A stretch of DNA of 64,000 bases from Octopus vulgaris (GCA_951406725.2 OX597823.1:21452001-21516000), one strand, 5' to 3'; shown: positions 42,543 through 57,148, counted from the stretch's first letter. Numbers and translations are program-made. Notes: generated by a model from the letters alone, not told the origin.

Positions 42543-42999
42543 TATATAAATAATGAAAGATTGGATGACTTGGCCCCAAAGCACCATTCTAAAACATGTC
42601 TCAATCCTGCTATACAAGAGGTGTACTTTTATTGGCTGTCAATTTGATTTTGTTGTCCCTGCTGACACACCTCGATAATGTGATATGTAAACGTTTTTAC
42701 CTTTTAATCTTACTTTAGATATTATTACAAAAAAATGCAATGTAAATTAGTTGTGTGTGTGTGTGTGTAATTAATGTTGTCCGAGACTGGATATTTTTAT
42801 TAGCTTTCCACTTCAGCCTTCAGTAACTACACCGACACTCCCTGGTTAGACAAATATCTAAACATATATTTACTATCCAATCGTACTTTAGTCGGTACAA
42901 AGAAATAACATCGGAATCATTTATATAAATATATGCATATACACATATATACACATACGCACGCTCACACACACAAACAGACACACACATGTCTCTTTT

Positions 43000-43042
<43 letters not shown>

Positions 43043-44446
43043 GCTGTTTTTCAACGAAAGTAAATGAGATTATTCAATAGAAATGCAAATACATAAATAT
43101 ATATATATATACATATATGTATATACATATATATGTATACATACATGTGTGTATATACGGCCGCAGTCTAATGACTGAAACAAATATATATATGTATGTA
43201 TTATAAGCCTGTGTGTATATAATAATCACATGCATATATATGAACATATATACATATATCTATATTAAATTCAAATTACGATGAACGTAAACAAATAAAC
43301 GAAGTTTGCTTTAGAAGTGTTGAGATGTCTTAGAAAGTTAAAGAAGTGATTTTAAATTCTCAAACGCAGGATAAGCTACCCCTATTTTGCAGAAAAAAAG
43401 TGTTGGCGGCCGGCCATATATCTATATATATTATATACACACTCTTACATATATAAATAGAGAGAGAGGGAGAGAAGGAGAGAATTGGGAGAGAGAGGGA
43501 GAGAGAGAATTGAGAGATAGAAAGAGAGAGAGAAGGAGATTTTTTCAATGGCTATGCAATTCTCTACGAAAGAAGTTACTCAATACATGACCTAAATTAT
43601 ACAATCTATTTAAAATAGATTTATTTTTGCGACACGATTTCCCCACAATTGTGATTTTCAAGACAACTGTTTTTCCAGCATTCCATACGCCTATAATATT
43701 CATTAGTGATTGGGTTTTTCTATCCTTGCGTGACTCTTTGTTTCATTAGCCGACCTGTATTATTTTATTGCGTAGTTGTAGCTTATCATTTGTTAATTCG
43801 TTTGTAGTTCCTGTTGATTCCGATATCATATCTGCCTTGACTGCAAAGTTACTTGTTTCCTCTTCGTATCTTTTTGATCATTATTATGCTGTCGCTTTTC
43901 ATTAAACATTTCTTTTCGTTTCCCTGTCTCCAGTGGTCTGTTCCATGATTGAATTCTGTTTCATTGAAATAATTTAGACCTAAGATCAAAGACACTAAGC
44001 CCCAGATACGCCATCTTTTCGTTCGTAGTTAACTTCAAACACTAACTTCTTAATATCTTTCCACTTTTTATAGACGTCAGATTGTGACGTAAGAGATATT
44101 TGTTGAACTCCTAGAAATAGAAGGTCTACAAATCTTTCTCAAATCACGCGAATCTATTTCGCATGTGTCTACTTTCAGGTTGTATCTACAGGTGTCTGAT
44201 ATCACTAAAAATGTCTTATTGAGTTGTTAAATTCATGTTATTTCTGTATTGACTCTGGAGAGATTCTGTCTGAAGACGCCATAGCTTTGTCATATATTTT
44301 TAGCTAGTATCTTTTCCCATTTGGGCATGACATTTTCGCGCCTTCATTAGTATTTCTGCGGTTATTATTGTCGGATATTTACCTTATTTACTTTTCGATA
44401 GAGTTTTTAAAAATTAATTCATTCTACTATCTGTAGAGAGGCATTG

Positions 44447-44527
44447 TTATTTCTTATGATGCACAATTATATTCTATTTCATATGATGCACAATTATATT
44501 CTATTTCATATGATGCACAATTATATT
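44447..44527. repeat. 27-bp minisatellite x3
   Basis: Unit CTATTTCATATGATGCACAATTATATT. Confidence 0.92.
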
Positions 44528-44934
44528 TTCTGCGGTGCACGGAGGGCGTGTCGTAGAGCCATTTACCTAAGGGATATTTCTGTCTATATTACCCACCAAA
44601 ATAATATTCATATTTTCTGTAATGAACCAAATGTTCTCTCATAGATGGTTTGCATTTTGTCTATAACTATTACAAAACTTATATAAGTGTTGTGTGTATC
44701 TGGCTTTAAATGTTTTGCTACCCGCTACGATACAGTATTTTATCAGTTTTACACTCGTGCATTATGATTACTGCTCTTTTTCAACAATATTAATTAGGCT
44801 TTGATCCTTTGTAGATGTATCTATTTGTGATGATAGATATTTAATAATCTAAATATTGGTTTATTTACAAATTTTATCATTCTGACGGTGTTTTTGTTTC
44901 TTGTGTAACGGTCAATTACAATTATTATTGTGAT

Positions 44935-44974
<40 letters not shown>

Positions 44975-45441
44975 TGTGTGTGGCTATGTTTATATATGTA
45001 TATGTGCGTTGCGTTGCGTGCGCGTACGCTTTCATATAAGGAACTGTGAATATAAATACTAATTCATTTACATTCATTTCTGTAATGGGAAATATGTATG
45101 TGTATGTATATCTGCTCTGCGTGTCTGTGTATGCCTTTATTTGTATGTATTATGTGTGCGTGTGTCTGATGTGTGATTTGTGAAAGTGCGTGACCTAGTA
45201 GTTATGGTGTTGCACTGACGACCGAAGGATCGTGGTTTCGATTTCCAGATTGGGTGGTGAGTTATGTTCTTGACCAAAACACTTCCTTTCAGGTAACACC
45301 ACGATGATTTTGAAATCTGATGCGTGGCACACTTGGACGCCACGATCGCAATCTCTATTTGATGTAGGGTGTGAGCTTATTTAAACACAAACATCTAATC
45401 ACTATAAGCAAAGCATATATGTAGTTCTTCAATGAGAAATT

Positions 45442-45690
45442 GCGGATGAATTAGGACAGAAATTGAGGTTGGTGAAGTTATAGAAATTCTTCGACAACCA
45501 CTTCTGACTCTTTCATGGAGTATGGGAAGGTTTCTAATCCTGCTGCTACATGTATGACCTTCCAGCAGCAACTCTCTCCAGCCAGGGTTTTACCACAGTT
45601 TTCAGCAGTTTCACCTAACTGTCTGAACTGAGTTTAGACCTAGTTCAAAGTTCCTTCCTGGTGGCCACGTCTTCGTAGTCTCCGTTGCAA
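45442..45690 (-). mobile_element. Tc1/mariner transposase relic
   Basis: VKLLKTVVKPWLERVAAGRSYM*QQG..PSHT..KSQKWLSKNF (cf. VVLPWVKRVAAGRPYVWQQDSAPCHT...QSWLSDNF). Confidence 0.85.
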
Positions 45691-47107
45691 TTGTCCATGT
45701 CACATTTCACAGTGTTTACAGCATTCAAAGAACATTGGGTAGCAGTCATGATGTCGGCATTTTAATACAATATATATTTATTTTATTATAAATGCAAAAC
45801 AACACCACAGAGGAATCGACATAACCTTAAATAATAAACCGCGATAGGTGAACCGCGATATGAGGGATCACTGTAACTCTTTTCCAATATTCAGATTGCT
45901 TCCAGTTCGCCATGTAAACTAACTTTTTCTTAACTACGACTTTAATCTTTCTGCCTTCCAATGCAGTTGACTGTTCCTCAATATACCTAACTTTTTCTGA
46001 AAAAAAAGGGAGATATAAAGAAGTCGCCAAATTTAGGCCGAACACCCAGTAAATGTATGTATATACTAAGTGACATCTTTTAGTACGTGAGCACTGAGAA
46101 GTGCGATTAATATTTTAGTTTCTTTGTATTTAATGCAGGGAATATTAACTGGAAATAATCGTTCGAAGAAAAAAATATTTTTTGACTAAATATAATTTGA
46201 TTTCTTGCGGCAACTACTTAGATCTTTTCTTTCTGTTTTACCCCATCAGCTAAATATCTTCTTCACTGTAGTTTATGAAAAAGTAATAAGTGAATGACAA
46301 ATCAGATGTACAAGAATGTGCAGTTGTTGCTGGCGTAGAAAAATAGAATTTTTAATAATTGTTTGCTTGCTTTTCCGATTTGATTTCTTGCTTTTTTCTT
46401 ACCACTGAAATTTGCATTAGTAAATATTTCCAACCTTATTAATGTAAAATTTTAACGCAGGCAAATAAACAGAAAGAAATCGGAGAAAAATATTTGAATT
46501 AAAATTTTCGGTCCTCTTTCCTAAAATGCATATCGATTATTTTTAAATGGGAGATATTATGCGCGTTACAGCTGCATTATAGCATGGTATGGGCGTGATA
46601 TCTCAGTAGAGGATCTTTGCTAGATAAATTGAATGCTGAGAGCAAAAACAGCAATAATCAGTCCTTTTAATAATGGCAATTCAATTCCAGTGAATGTTTT
46701 TTAGCATAAAATATTTCTATAGATGATAAAGTACATCTCTTTCACTTTGTCATTCTATCTGCCTAGCTATCTGTTGCCCTATGAATTTACATATCTGCCT
46801 ATTTGTATAACAATACAGTTACTGTTCTATCTGTTTAACAATCTATCTCCCCTGCTCCCATATATATATATATGTATAATATATATTTGTGAAAAGGACG
46901 TTGTTTCAAAAGCGGTTATGCAGGCAAAAGTGTTAGTAAATTGACCTGAAAATTTTCACACCTATATTAAAAGTGCTGACGAGTTTGCATGGCAACTTTG
47001 AATTTGCTCAATTGAAAGGCGTGGCTTCTGGGGCAAAATTCCTCATCTTTAAAATGTGACCGTGTAGACCCGAATGAAATCGGCTTATAATGCTAGGATA
47101 TATGCTA

Positions 47108-47158
<51 letters not shown>

Positions 47159-47160
<2 letters not shown>

Positions 47161-47710
47161 AGGATATTACTGTTTACAATAATATCAGTGGGTTAGCATG
47201 CGTAAAAAAAGTCATAAAGGTTAAAATTATTAATTAATAATGAAGGGCTGTACAGGTAGTACCAACATGCTAAAATAGCAGTCAAAACGACACAAAACCG
47301 CAAGTTTTCACTTTTACATAAAGATGAAGTCGGGGGGAAACGAGCAAGATCACTAATAAACCCGTACCAAAGACGAAAAAAATCGAAAATTGAAAAGTCA
47401 GACATACCCGTATCACAGTGATTTCGAACTCTCTGAGAATATCATTTAGTATCTCTTCAGCGAGTCTTACTAACCCAGAATCATAGAGCTTGGCCATCTT
47501 ATCCAGTGTGTACGATGACCGTTTTTAATGCCGCAGCAAATTTTAAAAAGGTAATCGAGGTGAATAAAAAAAATTATATAAATATATATATATAAGGATA
47601 TTACTGTTTACAATAATATCAGTGGCTTAGTATGTGTAAACAACACCGTGAATATTAAGATTATTAATTAATAATGAAGGGTAGAAACTGTTATACCTCT
47701 CATCATTAGT
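47159..47710 (-). mobile_element. (TA)n-embedded Penelope-like terminal module with partial tandem repeat
   Basis: Direct repeat of about 90 bp (47159-47248, 47593-47681), internal hammerhead, related end at about 57733-57833. Confidence 0.7.
47407..47464 (-). ncRNA. Type-I hammerhead ribozyme, intact core
   Basis: Minus strand CTCG-CTGAAGA-G...C-GAAA-TCACTGTG-ATA|CGGG; stem III ATCAC-T-GTGAT; AUA triplet. Confidence 0.75.
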
Positions 47711-48689
47711 ATATATATATGTATTAAAGGCGGTGGCTGCAGTCAAATAACTGAAACAAGTAAGAGTAAAAGAATGCATACATATATATATATACATATC
47801 TACATACGTTCAAATATACATATATAAATATATATGTATATACATATATACATATATGTGTATATGTATGTAAGTATGTATGTATGTATGCATGTACGTA
47901 TGTATGTATGTATGTATGTATGTATGTATGTATGCTTAAACAGACCAAAAGGTTCTTCCCGAGTTATGGACTGGTAAAGCCAGCTTCCCGAATTTTCTGG
48001 TGTATACATTCCAGCTCACCTGGACAGATACCTGTCCGTCAGTAGGATTACATATTTTGCCAGCACTGCCGTTGTGCGAATCGAAACCATTATCTGACGA
48101 CTGTAAGGGCAACACCTTAACCACTAACCCACGCGCTATCCCATATTTACGTATTTACGTTGCTACAGGAGTCTTGTGTAGGTATGTGTGTATGACACGG
48201 ATATATCATAACATATTTCCTTTAATTTTAACAGTTAATTATACGGCATGATTGATTAAAATGACCGACACGTGTTACAACTACACATTGTATATGCAGC
48301 AGGAACTCGTGTCGTTCATTTTAGGCAGGTATACTTTATAATTAATTGTTAGAATTTGGAATTGTACCAGTTTCTGTATTCTTTGTAATTGTTTTGGATT
48401 TACACTCCCGAAAATATTTATAATCCAGTGAAGCGAACCTGGAATTATTTATACATATATACGCTTTTACTCATTTACTTGGTTCAGTCATTTGAGTGCG
48501 GCCATGCTGGAGCACCGCCTTTAGACGAGCAAATCGAGCACAGGACTTATTCTTTGTAAACCTAGTACTTATTTTATCGGTCTCTTTCACCGAACCGCTA
48601 AGTTACGGGGGACGTAAACACACCAGCATCAGTTGTCAAGCGACGCTGGGAGGACAAACATAGACACATAAACTCACACACACACACAC

Positions 48690-48752
<63 letters not shown>

Positions 48753-48794
48753 TCAATAAATGGTGGGGTTGTGTTGACCGCACGTGGAGAAATG

Positions 48795-49460
48795 ATAAGT
48801 AAGGAAAAATTTTTTTTTTTTTTAAATGCAGAATGCTCAAATGAAAGAAAATTTTAATAAAATGAGAAAATGATAAAATATATAAATATATATTTATTCA
48901 ACCGGTTTTCGTCATTGTATGACTTGTCAAGAATATTTAAGTTTTAAGAAGTTTTTTTAAAAATTAGAAAGGGGAAAAAAAGAAAATTGCATTGTTTTTT
49001 GTAAAAGAATAATGATAAAAATGTACAAAAATTGAAAAATAAGTTCTCCGATACATTGTGAGTTCGTTGTGTATCTTGAGTTTTATGGTTGTTTACCAAA
49101 AAATTACCTTGAGGTGTTAAGATCCAAAGGGATTAAGAGCATGTAATGTGTTGTGTTGTTAAATTCAGCATGTTGCAGGACAGGAAGTAGTAGTAATTGT
49201 GGTCTTGGTTCTTCAGTTCCTGTGTTGTGAGTAAGGGGAGACAACTCTTTTGAGTTCTTCAATAAAACCCAAATTATAAAACTATCATTTTAGCTTCATT
49301 TGCATTAAATATTCTTGACAAGTCATACAATGACGAAAACCGGTTGAATAAATATATATTTATATATTTTATCATTTTCTCATTTTATTAAAATTTTCTT
49401 TCATTTGAGCATTCTGCATTTTTTAAAAAAAAAATAAATAAAAAAAAAAATTTTTCCTTA

Positions 49461-49465
<5 letters not shown>
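48795..49465. mobile_element. Inverted-arm element (about 150-bp arms), each arm with a hammerhead-like motif
   Basis: 48795-48940 is the reverse complement of 49305-49465; TATTC-TTGACAA-GTCAT-ACA-ATGAC-GAAAACCGGTT-GAATA at 49310-49350. Confidence 0.88.
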
Positions 49466-49516
<51 letters not shown>

Positions 49517-49648
49517 CACGACGGGGTTCTTTCAGTTGCCGCTTACCAAATTCACTCAGAAGGATTTGGTCAGCCCGAGGGTATAGTAGAAGACACTTGC
49601 CCAAGGTGCCACGCAGTGGGACTGAACTCGGAACCATGTGGTTGGTAA

Positions 49649-49697
<49 letters not shown>

Positions 49698-49932
49698 GAC
49701 CGGTTTACATTGTTTCCGCCAACGAAATCCACTCACAAGACCCAGAGCTGTCATGCAGTCAGACTGAACACCAAACCATGTGGTTGCACAGAGAACTTCA
49801 TAATTAAGCAGCCTTGCCAACATCTCTCTGTCTCTCTGTCTCTCTGTCACTCTGTCTCTCTTTCTTTCTCGCTCTCTTTTTCTCACACTCTGTCTTTTAT
49901 ACTCTATCCCCCACTTTCTCACTCTCTTTCTC

Positions 49933-49978
<46 letters not shown>

Positions 49979-50360
49979 GGAATTTATCGATGTTCATTCA
50001 TTTTAATAATGGTTTTGAAAAAAAGGAAAACACTTCCTTATAATAATCGATAAAATAAAATTGTTCTTGAAGTCAGTCAAGCGGAAATGTTCGTTCCATC
50101 CCAGAAGTCCTTGTCACAAAACAACTGTTACAATTGTTGTTTCAATTAATCTAGTGATATTGAAACTACTTATATTTTAATTATACTCCATTATTCTATC
50201 AGAAGGATATTTCTCAACGTTCGACTTGTATTTTTTTGTTCTCTTTTTTACTTCTTCTTCTCCCTCCTCATCATCGTCAGTATTATTTCTTGCTCCATCT
50301 TTCTATTCACAATCTTTTGTCACATTTCCCATTTTCCCCTGCAAACGCTAAACACATACG

Positions 50361-50394
<34 letters not shown>

Positions 50395-50543
50395 CACACA
50401 CACACACACACATACAGTATTAATAAAATAAAAGATGGAATGTGTAATAAAAACACGTGATCGCAACTGTGCCGGTTCTTTACTGATCATCCAGTTATAA
50501 ATCTTGTACAATTTCTCCATTTGTGTGTGTGTGTGTAATATAC

Positions 50544-50635
<92 letters not shown>

Positions 50636-50687
50636 GAATGGATGGATGTATGGATGGATAGATAGATAGATGGATGGATAGGTAGAT

Positions 50688-52165
50688 TGGGCCGGAGATG
50701 TCGCAGTCTCAGCGCGTGTCTGCGCATCATTAACCACGACATGCCCAGTCCTCCTTTTAACGGGTGTTGACAGCAAATGGATCGCCTGACCATCGGGACG
50801 CATCCTTTCCACAAGAAGCGTAAGAGAATGCGTTCTAGTTTGGTGATGGTAGGGTCGGGACAAGGCACGACGGTTAGGCGGTAGTAGATGACAGACGCGA
50901 TGTACGTATTCGCCACCTCCACCCGATATTTTAGGTACAGTTTCCTCTCGACCCATTGCCGGGCGGGAGTGACCACCTTACTCGGTATCTTATTCCAGTT
51001 CTTCTCCATTTGGAGGTCCGGACCAAACCAGACCCGAGCAACTCGACCGGACCGTCGGTCCAGCGTCCCACGACAGAGGCGCTGGTGGACGGCATGGGCT
51101 TGCTTATCCAGGTGCCGATCCGCAAGCCCACTGATTTTTCCCGGTTGATTTTCGCTCCTGTCACCGCTTCGTAGTCTTCCAGTTTCTCACCGACCAGCCC
51201 GATGTGCTTTTGGCTAGACACTATGACGGTGACGTCGTTCGCGTATGCAGACACGCTCGTCCCGCATCCCAATTCTTGCGGGATGCCCCTCAGAGTCGCC
51301 AGCTTCCGCAGTAGTGGCTCGAGAGTCAATACGTATAGAAGCGACAAGAGCGGGTATCCCTGACGGACCGAACGTGCAATGTCGAAAGGTCTCGATACAT
51401 GTCCATTTACGAGAATTACCGAACGGATACCTCTGCACAAAGCAGTTTTCCAGCAGCGTAAGGCGGGACCGAAACCAGCCGCTCTGAGGACTGTCTCCTA
51501 GTATTAATGGTCTACCATAGTGAACGCTTTCGATTGATCCAAATTTATCAGGGCCCCGCCCATGCCAGGTTTCTTAACTACCCTGTCTATGATGTAGCGC
51601 ATCAGATAGAGGTTGTCATAGATGCTCCGGCCCGGCACGGCGCACGTTTGCGCCTTGTCGACCAGTTTCTCGATGACAAGCGCCAACCTCTTGGCTGACA
51701 CCTTGGCCAAAATTTTCAAGTCTGCATTAAGCAGAGTGATGGGCCTAAAGTTATTTATTACGTCCCCCTTGTTTGGATCTTTCCTCAACAGTGTTACGGC
51801 TCCTCGGCTCACAAAACCGGGGATGCTCCCGTTTTGCTGCCAGCTGCAGTACACCGCTACCAAGACGTCTCCAAACAAGTCTGACACACAACTGTAAAGC
51901 TCGTAGGGTAGACCATCCAAACCCGGCGATTTGTCCCTCGTGCATTCTTCGATCGCGCCCCGCACTTCCGCCGCCGTGATGGCACCTTTGCAGCGCCCTG
52001 CCTCTCTTGTCGAAAGTCGTGGCAGGCTGTGTAGTTAGGCACTGAAGTCCATCCTGCGTTCTCGCCCGCCACTCGTCCCGAACAGTCGAGCAAAACGCTG
52101 TTGAAAGGCCTCACACATTTTACTTGGCTCGAACAATACTCGCCCCTGTTCATCTACCATAGATT
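50688..52165 (-). mobile_element. Tx1/L1-clade LINE reverse transcriptase fragment (frameshifted)
   Basis: KSPGLDGLPYELY, FRPITLLNADLKILAK, QTCAVPGRSIYDNL, LDQSKAF, VRQGYPL, SAYANDV and KGGLG in ORFs 51504-51965, 50931-51440 and 50320-51009. Confidence 0.95.
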
Positions 52166-52224
52166 GGGGTGTATCTCTATATGTAAATATGCATATCCTC
52201 GCCGTCACCCATCATCGACCCCTT

Positions 52225-52787
52225 CATATCACCGACTCCTTTACCTGCACTTCTACCAATGTCATCTACTGCAACTCCTGCTCTCTCTGCCCTTCTTTAT
52301 ACATTGGGCAAACGGGACGCCGCTTGGCTGACCGGTTCGTGGAACACCCCCGAGACATCTGACCCCCGTCTCGCGCCATTTCCGCTCTACCGGTCACTTT
52401 TTGAGACACCTGACTATGTTCGGATTGTCCTTGCACAGGAGCCATCCAGACTCCCGTTTTCACCGTAAACAGGGATTAGTCTTCTCTCTTCACTCCTTTG
52501 CACCCATGGGCTCAACTCCCCTCCCCTCTTCATCTAGCCCTTCTTCTCTCTTCTCACTCCCTACTCCTTCTCACACCTACTTCCTCCCACCCACCTCTCC
52601 TCTCTTGCTCCGACTCCTACTTCTTTTCACTCTTACTCTCTTTCTCTTTTATACACACCCCTTTATACATTCTGTGGAAGAGCGTAGGCTCGAAACATTA
52701 AAGACTTTTTCACTTGCCGAGCGTTATACTAATACATCTGTTGTCTACACAACCTGTCTTCGTCTTTTGCATCTTGTGAATTCTCCC

Positions 52788-52790
<3 letters not shown>
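52225..52790 (+). mobile_element. Penelope-like element 3' end: GIY-YIG endonuclease, pyrimidine-rich UTR, hammerhead-like motif
   Basis: HITDSFTCTSTNVIYCNSCSLCPSLYIGQTGRRLADRFVEH...PVSRHF...HRKQGLVFSLHSFAP-HGLN; then CTGTGGAA-GAGC-GTAG-GCTC-GAAAC at 52672-52696; ends in (TA)n. Second terminal copy at 57532-57675. Confidence 0.92.
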
Positions 52791-52824
<34 letters not shown>

Positions 52825-53016
52825 CTGTCTGTCTGTCTGTCTGTCTGTCTGCCTGTCTATCTGTCTGTCTGTAGAATACAATAATATATTCTGTGAGTTT
52901 ATTTCGCCAAAAAAAGATATTTTATGAGGTTAGTTGCTTCTGTGTGGCTGTTCAAGTTAGATTTTAGCTCTCATTTCTAGTAATTGCTGGTTCTATCTTT
53001 GTAATCTCACTTATAC

Positions 53017-53094
<78 letters not shown>

Positions 53095-53306
53095 GTATAT
53101 ATATATATACATATATATTTTTTTTAAAACCTTTTCATCTCTAATCCTATATTTCATTACATTATTACTATATTATTATTACTAATATATATAATGTATA
53201 TATTACTAATATATAAAAAAACCTTTTCATCTATAAGCCTATATTTCATTACATTATTACTATGTTTATATATTCATACATTTATATGTCCATATATATT
53301 TCTAAT

Positions 53307-53695
53307 ACTCTTTTACTCTTTTACTTGTTTCAGTCATCTGACTGTGGTCATACTGGAGCACCGCCTTTAGTCGAGGAAATAGACCCCCAGGACTTATTCT
53401 TTGTAAGCCTGGTACTTATTCTATCGGTCTCTTTTGCCGAACCGCTAAGTTTCGGGGACGTAAACACACCAGCATCGGTTGTCAAGCGATGTTGGGGGGA
53501 GGGAAATACACATATATATATACATATATACGACGGGCTTCTTTCAGTTTCCGTCTACCAAATCCGCTCACAAGGCTATGGTCGGCCCGAGGCTATAGTA
53601 GAAGACACTTGCCCAAGGTGCCACGCAGTGGGACTGAACCCGGAACCATGTGGTTCGTAAGCAAGCTACTTACCACAGAACCACTCCTACGCCTA
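53307..53695 (-). mobile_element. SINE family A, full length
   Basis: Matches family A. Confidence 0.92.
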
Positions 53696-55350
53696 ATATT
53701 CATATATTTTTATATGTATTTTTAATATATCAATAGTTTTATTTTGGACAATTTTTATCTTAACTAAACTGTACACATATGTGTTTATTGTAGTTTGACT
53801 GACTTTTTCCATTTCATTTATTATACTTGTCTAACGTTTCAGGTTCGACTTGAGCACTTCTGTGCGCTTTATATGTTTCGTAAAAATATATATAAATATG
53901 TGTGTATGTGTGTGTGTGTAAGGTAGAAGATATTTTAGTGGAGGAACACACGTGGTTGGATATATACGGAAAGAGAAAATATGAAAAAACAGATTTGTTT
54001 TACAGAATTAAGGAGTGTGTTACAGTTATAATAATAAAGATATACAACTGGCACTTATTTTATCGATCTTGAAAAGATAAAAGAAATATTCAACCTCGGC
54101 GGAATTTGAAACTAGAATGCAATGACGGACGAAATATCGCTAAGTATTTTACCCGACACGCTAACGATTCTGCCAGGTCGCCACCCGAATATCAATATTA
54201 TCATCTGTCCGCTTTTCAAATATTCCTCAGAAACCCATGAACGTCATAACATTTCATTTCTAACCCCTAAAATGTTCTTGAACATTTGCACTATGAAAGA
54301 AAAATAATCAATAAGTTCGATCCATCTACTTTTGAGCGGCGTGGGTGGTGAATCCTATTCAATATTGAGTTGGCTTAGCTTTAGATCAGCCACGAATGAG
54401 TTCACCTATTCTCAAATGCGTTCTGTATTTAGTGTACCTTGGGCGACATTCTTTTTTCAAACAGTAAGTCGTTATTTTGAAGAGATTTCAGCTGTTATTT
54501 CTAATTAGTGGAGTGACTGCATAGAGGTTTCCTTGTAACTGATAACTAGACCATAAGAATTTTGTTCTGGGGTGCTGAATTCCGAGCTTATAGTTCATTT
54601 CCTTCTAAGTCTATTTAACTTTTGTCCCATTCAATTAGGAATCAGTAAAATGCTTACAGCTAATATTGAATTTAAACTGAGAATAAAATGGCCAGCATTT
54701 TCAGCGCACTCCATTGAATTCTTAAGGTGCCACTGAAGGATTCTTCTAGGACAAATAAGAATGGCTGAGCACCAGCGTTCAGTACCACCTTATATAGTTA
54801 CGTAAGTTGGACTAAGATCTACGAGATAATGTACGCTTTGTTAATACTACAGAGCTGCCATTCCTAGAAACACCAGAGATATCCATGCCTTGTGCTCTCT
54901 GTTTACATATAGACATGCTAGAATATCTAAGCGTTGAGTGCCTCGGGTTAATGCACAAAACAGAGCCCCTGACAGTATGACATCGGCCAAATGTTCGACT
55001 GAATTTGTTATGCCCTGCACCCTCAGACATTTCACCTTAACCTTATCTTCTATTTTCGAAATTTAACCTTCTTCAGATGTAGAAATCAAATACAGGTTGC
55101 CCTTTGACTGGGTACAAAAACCTCATGTTTACAAATAGTAAACATGAGTCTTTCTATGAGTCCTAAACATGGATGTTGTGCTGTTCATGCCGTTCTTGGG
55201 TGCAATTTTTAGCAGGTCAGGCAATTGATCACTTATACGCTTCCTTAGCGGCTTGTCTGACAATAAGTACTATTGGGTTATTGCATTCATGTCCTTTTCG
55301 TGTGCCTAACGGGCAATGAATTCGCTTTGCATCAATGAAGTCATTATTAA

Positions 55351-55965
55351 AGGTGGTGAGCTGGCAGAAACGTTAGCACGCCGGGCGAAATGCTTAGCGG
55401 TATTTCGTCTGCCGCTACGTTCTGAGTTCAAATTCCGCCGAGGTCGACTTTGCCTTTCATCCTTTCGGGGTCGATTAAATAAGTAACAGTTACGCACTGG
55501 GGTCGATATAATCGGCTTAATCTGTTTGTCTGTCCATGCTTGTCCTTTCTGCGTTTAGCCCCATGTGGGTAGTAAAGAAATAGGTATTTCGTCTGCCGTT
55601 ACGTTCTGAGTTCAAATTCCGCCGAGGTCGACTTTGCCTTTCATCTTCTTGGGGTCGATAAATTAAGTACCAGTTACGCACTGGAGTCGATGTAATCGAC
55701 TTAATCCCTTTGTCTGTCCTTGTTTGTCCTCTCTGTGTGTAGCCCCTTGTGGGCAGTAAAGAAATGAGAAATGTTAGCACGCCGGGCGAGATGCTTAGCG
55801 GTATTTCGTCTGTCTTTACGTTCTGAGTTCAAATTCCGACGTGGTCCACTTTGCCTTTCATCCTTTCGGGGTCGATAAATTAAGTACCAGTTGCGTACTG
55901 GGGTCGATCTAAACGACTGCCCCCCCACTCCCCCAAAATTTCGGGCCTTGTACCTAGAGTAGAAA
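55351..55965 (+). mobile_element. Tandem trimer of SINE family B
   Basis: Three successive cores. Confidence 0.92.
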
Positions 55966-56059
55966 CGAATGCAGTCAGTATTACGATCCCGCCACGTAAA
56001 GAACATAAACCTTGGTATTCAGAATTAGCCCCGATTATACAGGGAATGGAAGCTGGATC

Positions 56060-56240
56060 TCTCTCTATCCGCTCAGTCGAAGTCGACTCTCGGTCGCTCG
56101 TTGGATCAGTGTCCTCCAGTCAGTTCTATCCTGGGCCGCTTCTTTCAGATTGGCTATGTCCATTCCGGTATCACTCTTGATGGTGTCAAGCCAGCGGGTT
56201 CTTGGTCGGCCTCTTCCTCTCTTGCCACTGACTACCAAGA
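56060..56240 (-). mobile_element. RTE (BovB-like) LINE 3' end
   Basis: VSGKRGRGRPRTRWLDTIKSDTGMDIANLKEAAQDRTDWRTLIQRATESRLRLSG* followed by a short (GA)n. Confidence 0.88.
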
Positions 56241-56944
56241 ATAACGAGAGAATGACGAGTGTCTGTGTTTTCACTCGCATGATGTGTTAGAATTATCAGT
56301 AAAATCGGAACACATTCTACCATTTTAATAATAAAATGCTATATATTATTACGATACTTGGCGAGGTAGTCACAGCTGGGACACACACATAAGTTTAGCA
56401 ATGTCAGAAGAGTCCTGCAGTTAAGCAACACAACAACGCAATACCTGTTCTCCCACCTTTCTGCACCTTTTGCATGCACAAAATCAATACTTATCTATGC
56501 ATTGTTTGAATTTTTTGAGAGAAGCTTGATATTCCTGTCCGGTCAATAAATTACAGAAAGAAACAAAAAAATACTGTTCTCCTCTCCTTCTCGACATTCT
56601 ACTTATATTTTATGCATCAAACAACAATTTCGAAATAATTTCATGCCATTTATTATTTCATGGATGTCTTCTACGCATCTCATTTAACAAATACCCAAGC
56701 TTGATTGAATCAAAAATTTTATTCAATATAAATTTGCCTGGAGGATACAATTTCATCGAAATGGATAATTACTATGGGGACCGAAAACAAAATGGAAAAT
56801 CTAACCTCTTGCAAGTCGCATTGCTCAACGACGCTACGTAATGCACTTAACGTGATTTCACAATTTATATAAATGTCTATGTATGTACATGTATGTATAT
56901 GTATATATATATATATATATATATTTCCATTTCCTGAGCGCCTA

Positions 56945-57000
<56 letters not shown>

Positions 57001-57148
57001 TATAGATACACATACAGAGTGAGAGAAAGAGAGGTGGAACAGAACCTATGTAGTACAAATTTAGATCATATAAGCGAGATCTTTACTAAAAATGGACAGC
57101 GACTCAACAGATAATCGTTGCTATAACTTTGTTCCTATGTGAAATACG

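Noticed and set aside
45876-46030. Minus-strand exon after a strong polypyrimidine acceptor
   Set aside because: No good donor, the frame runs into a Tigger terminus, and no recognisable protein.
55040-55080. Minus-strand CTGAAGA...CGAAA
   Set aside because: No cleavage triplet or stem I.
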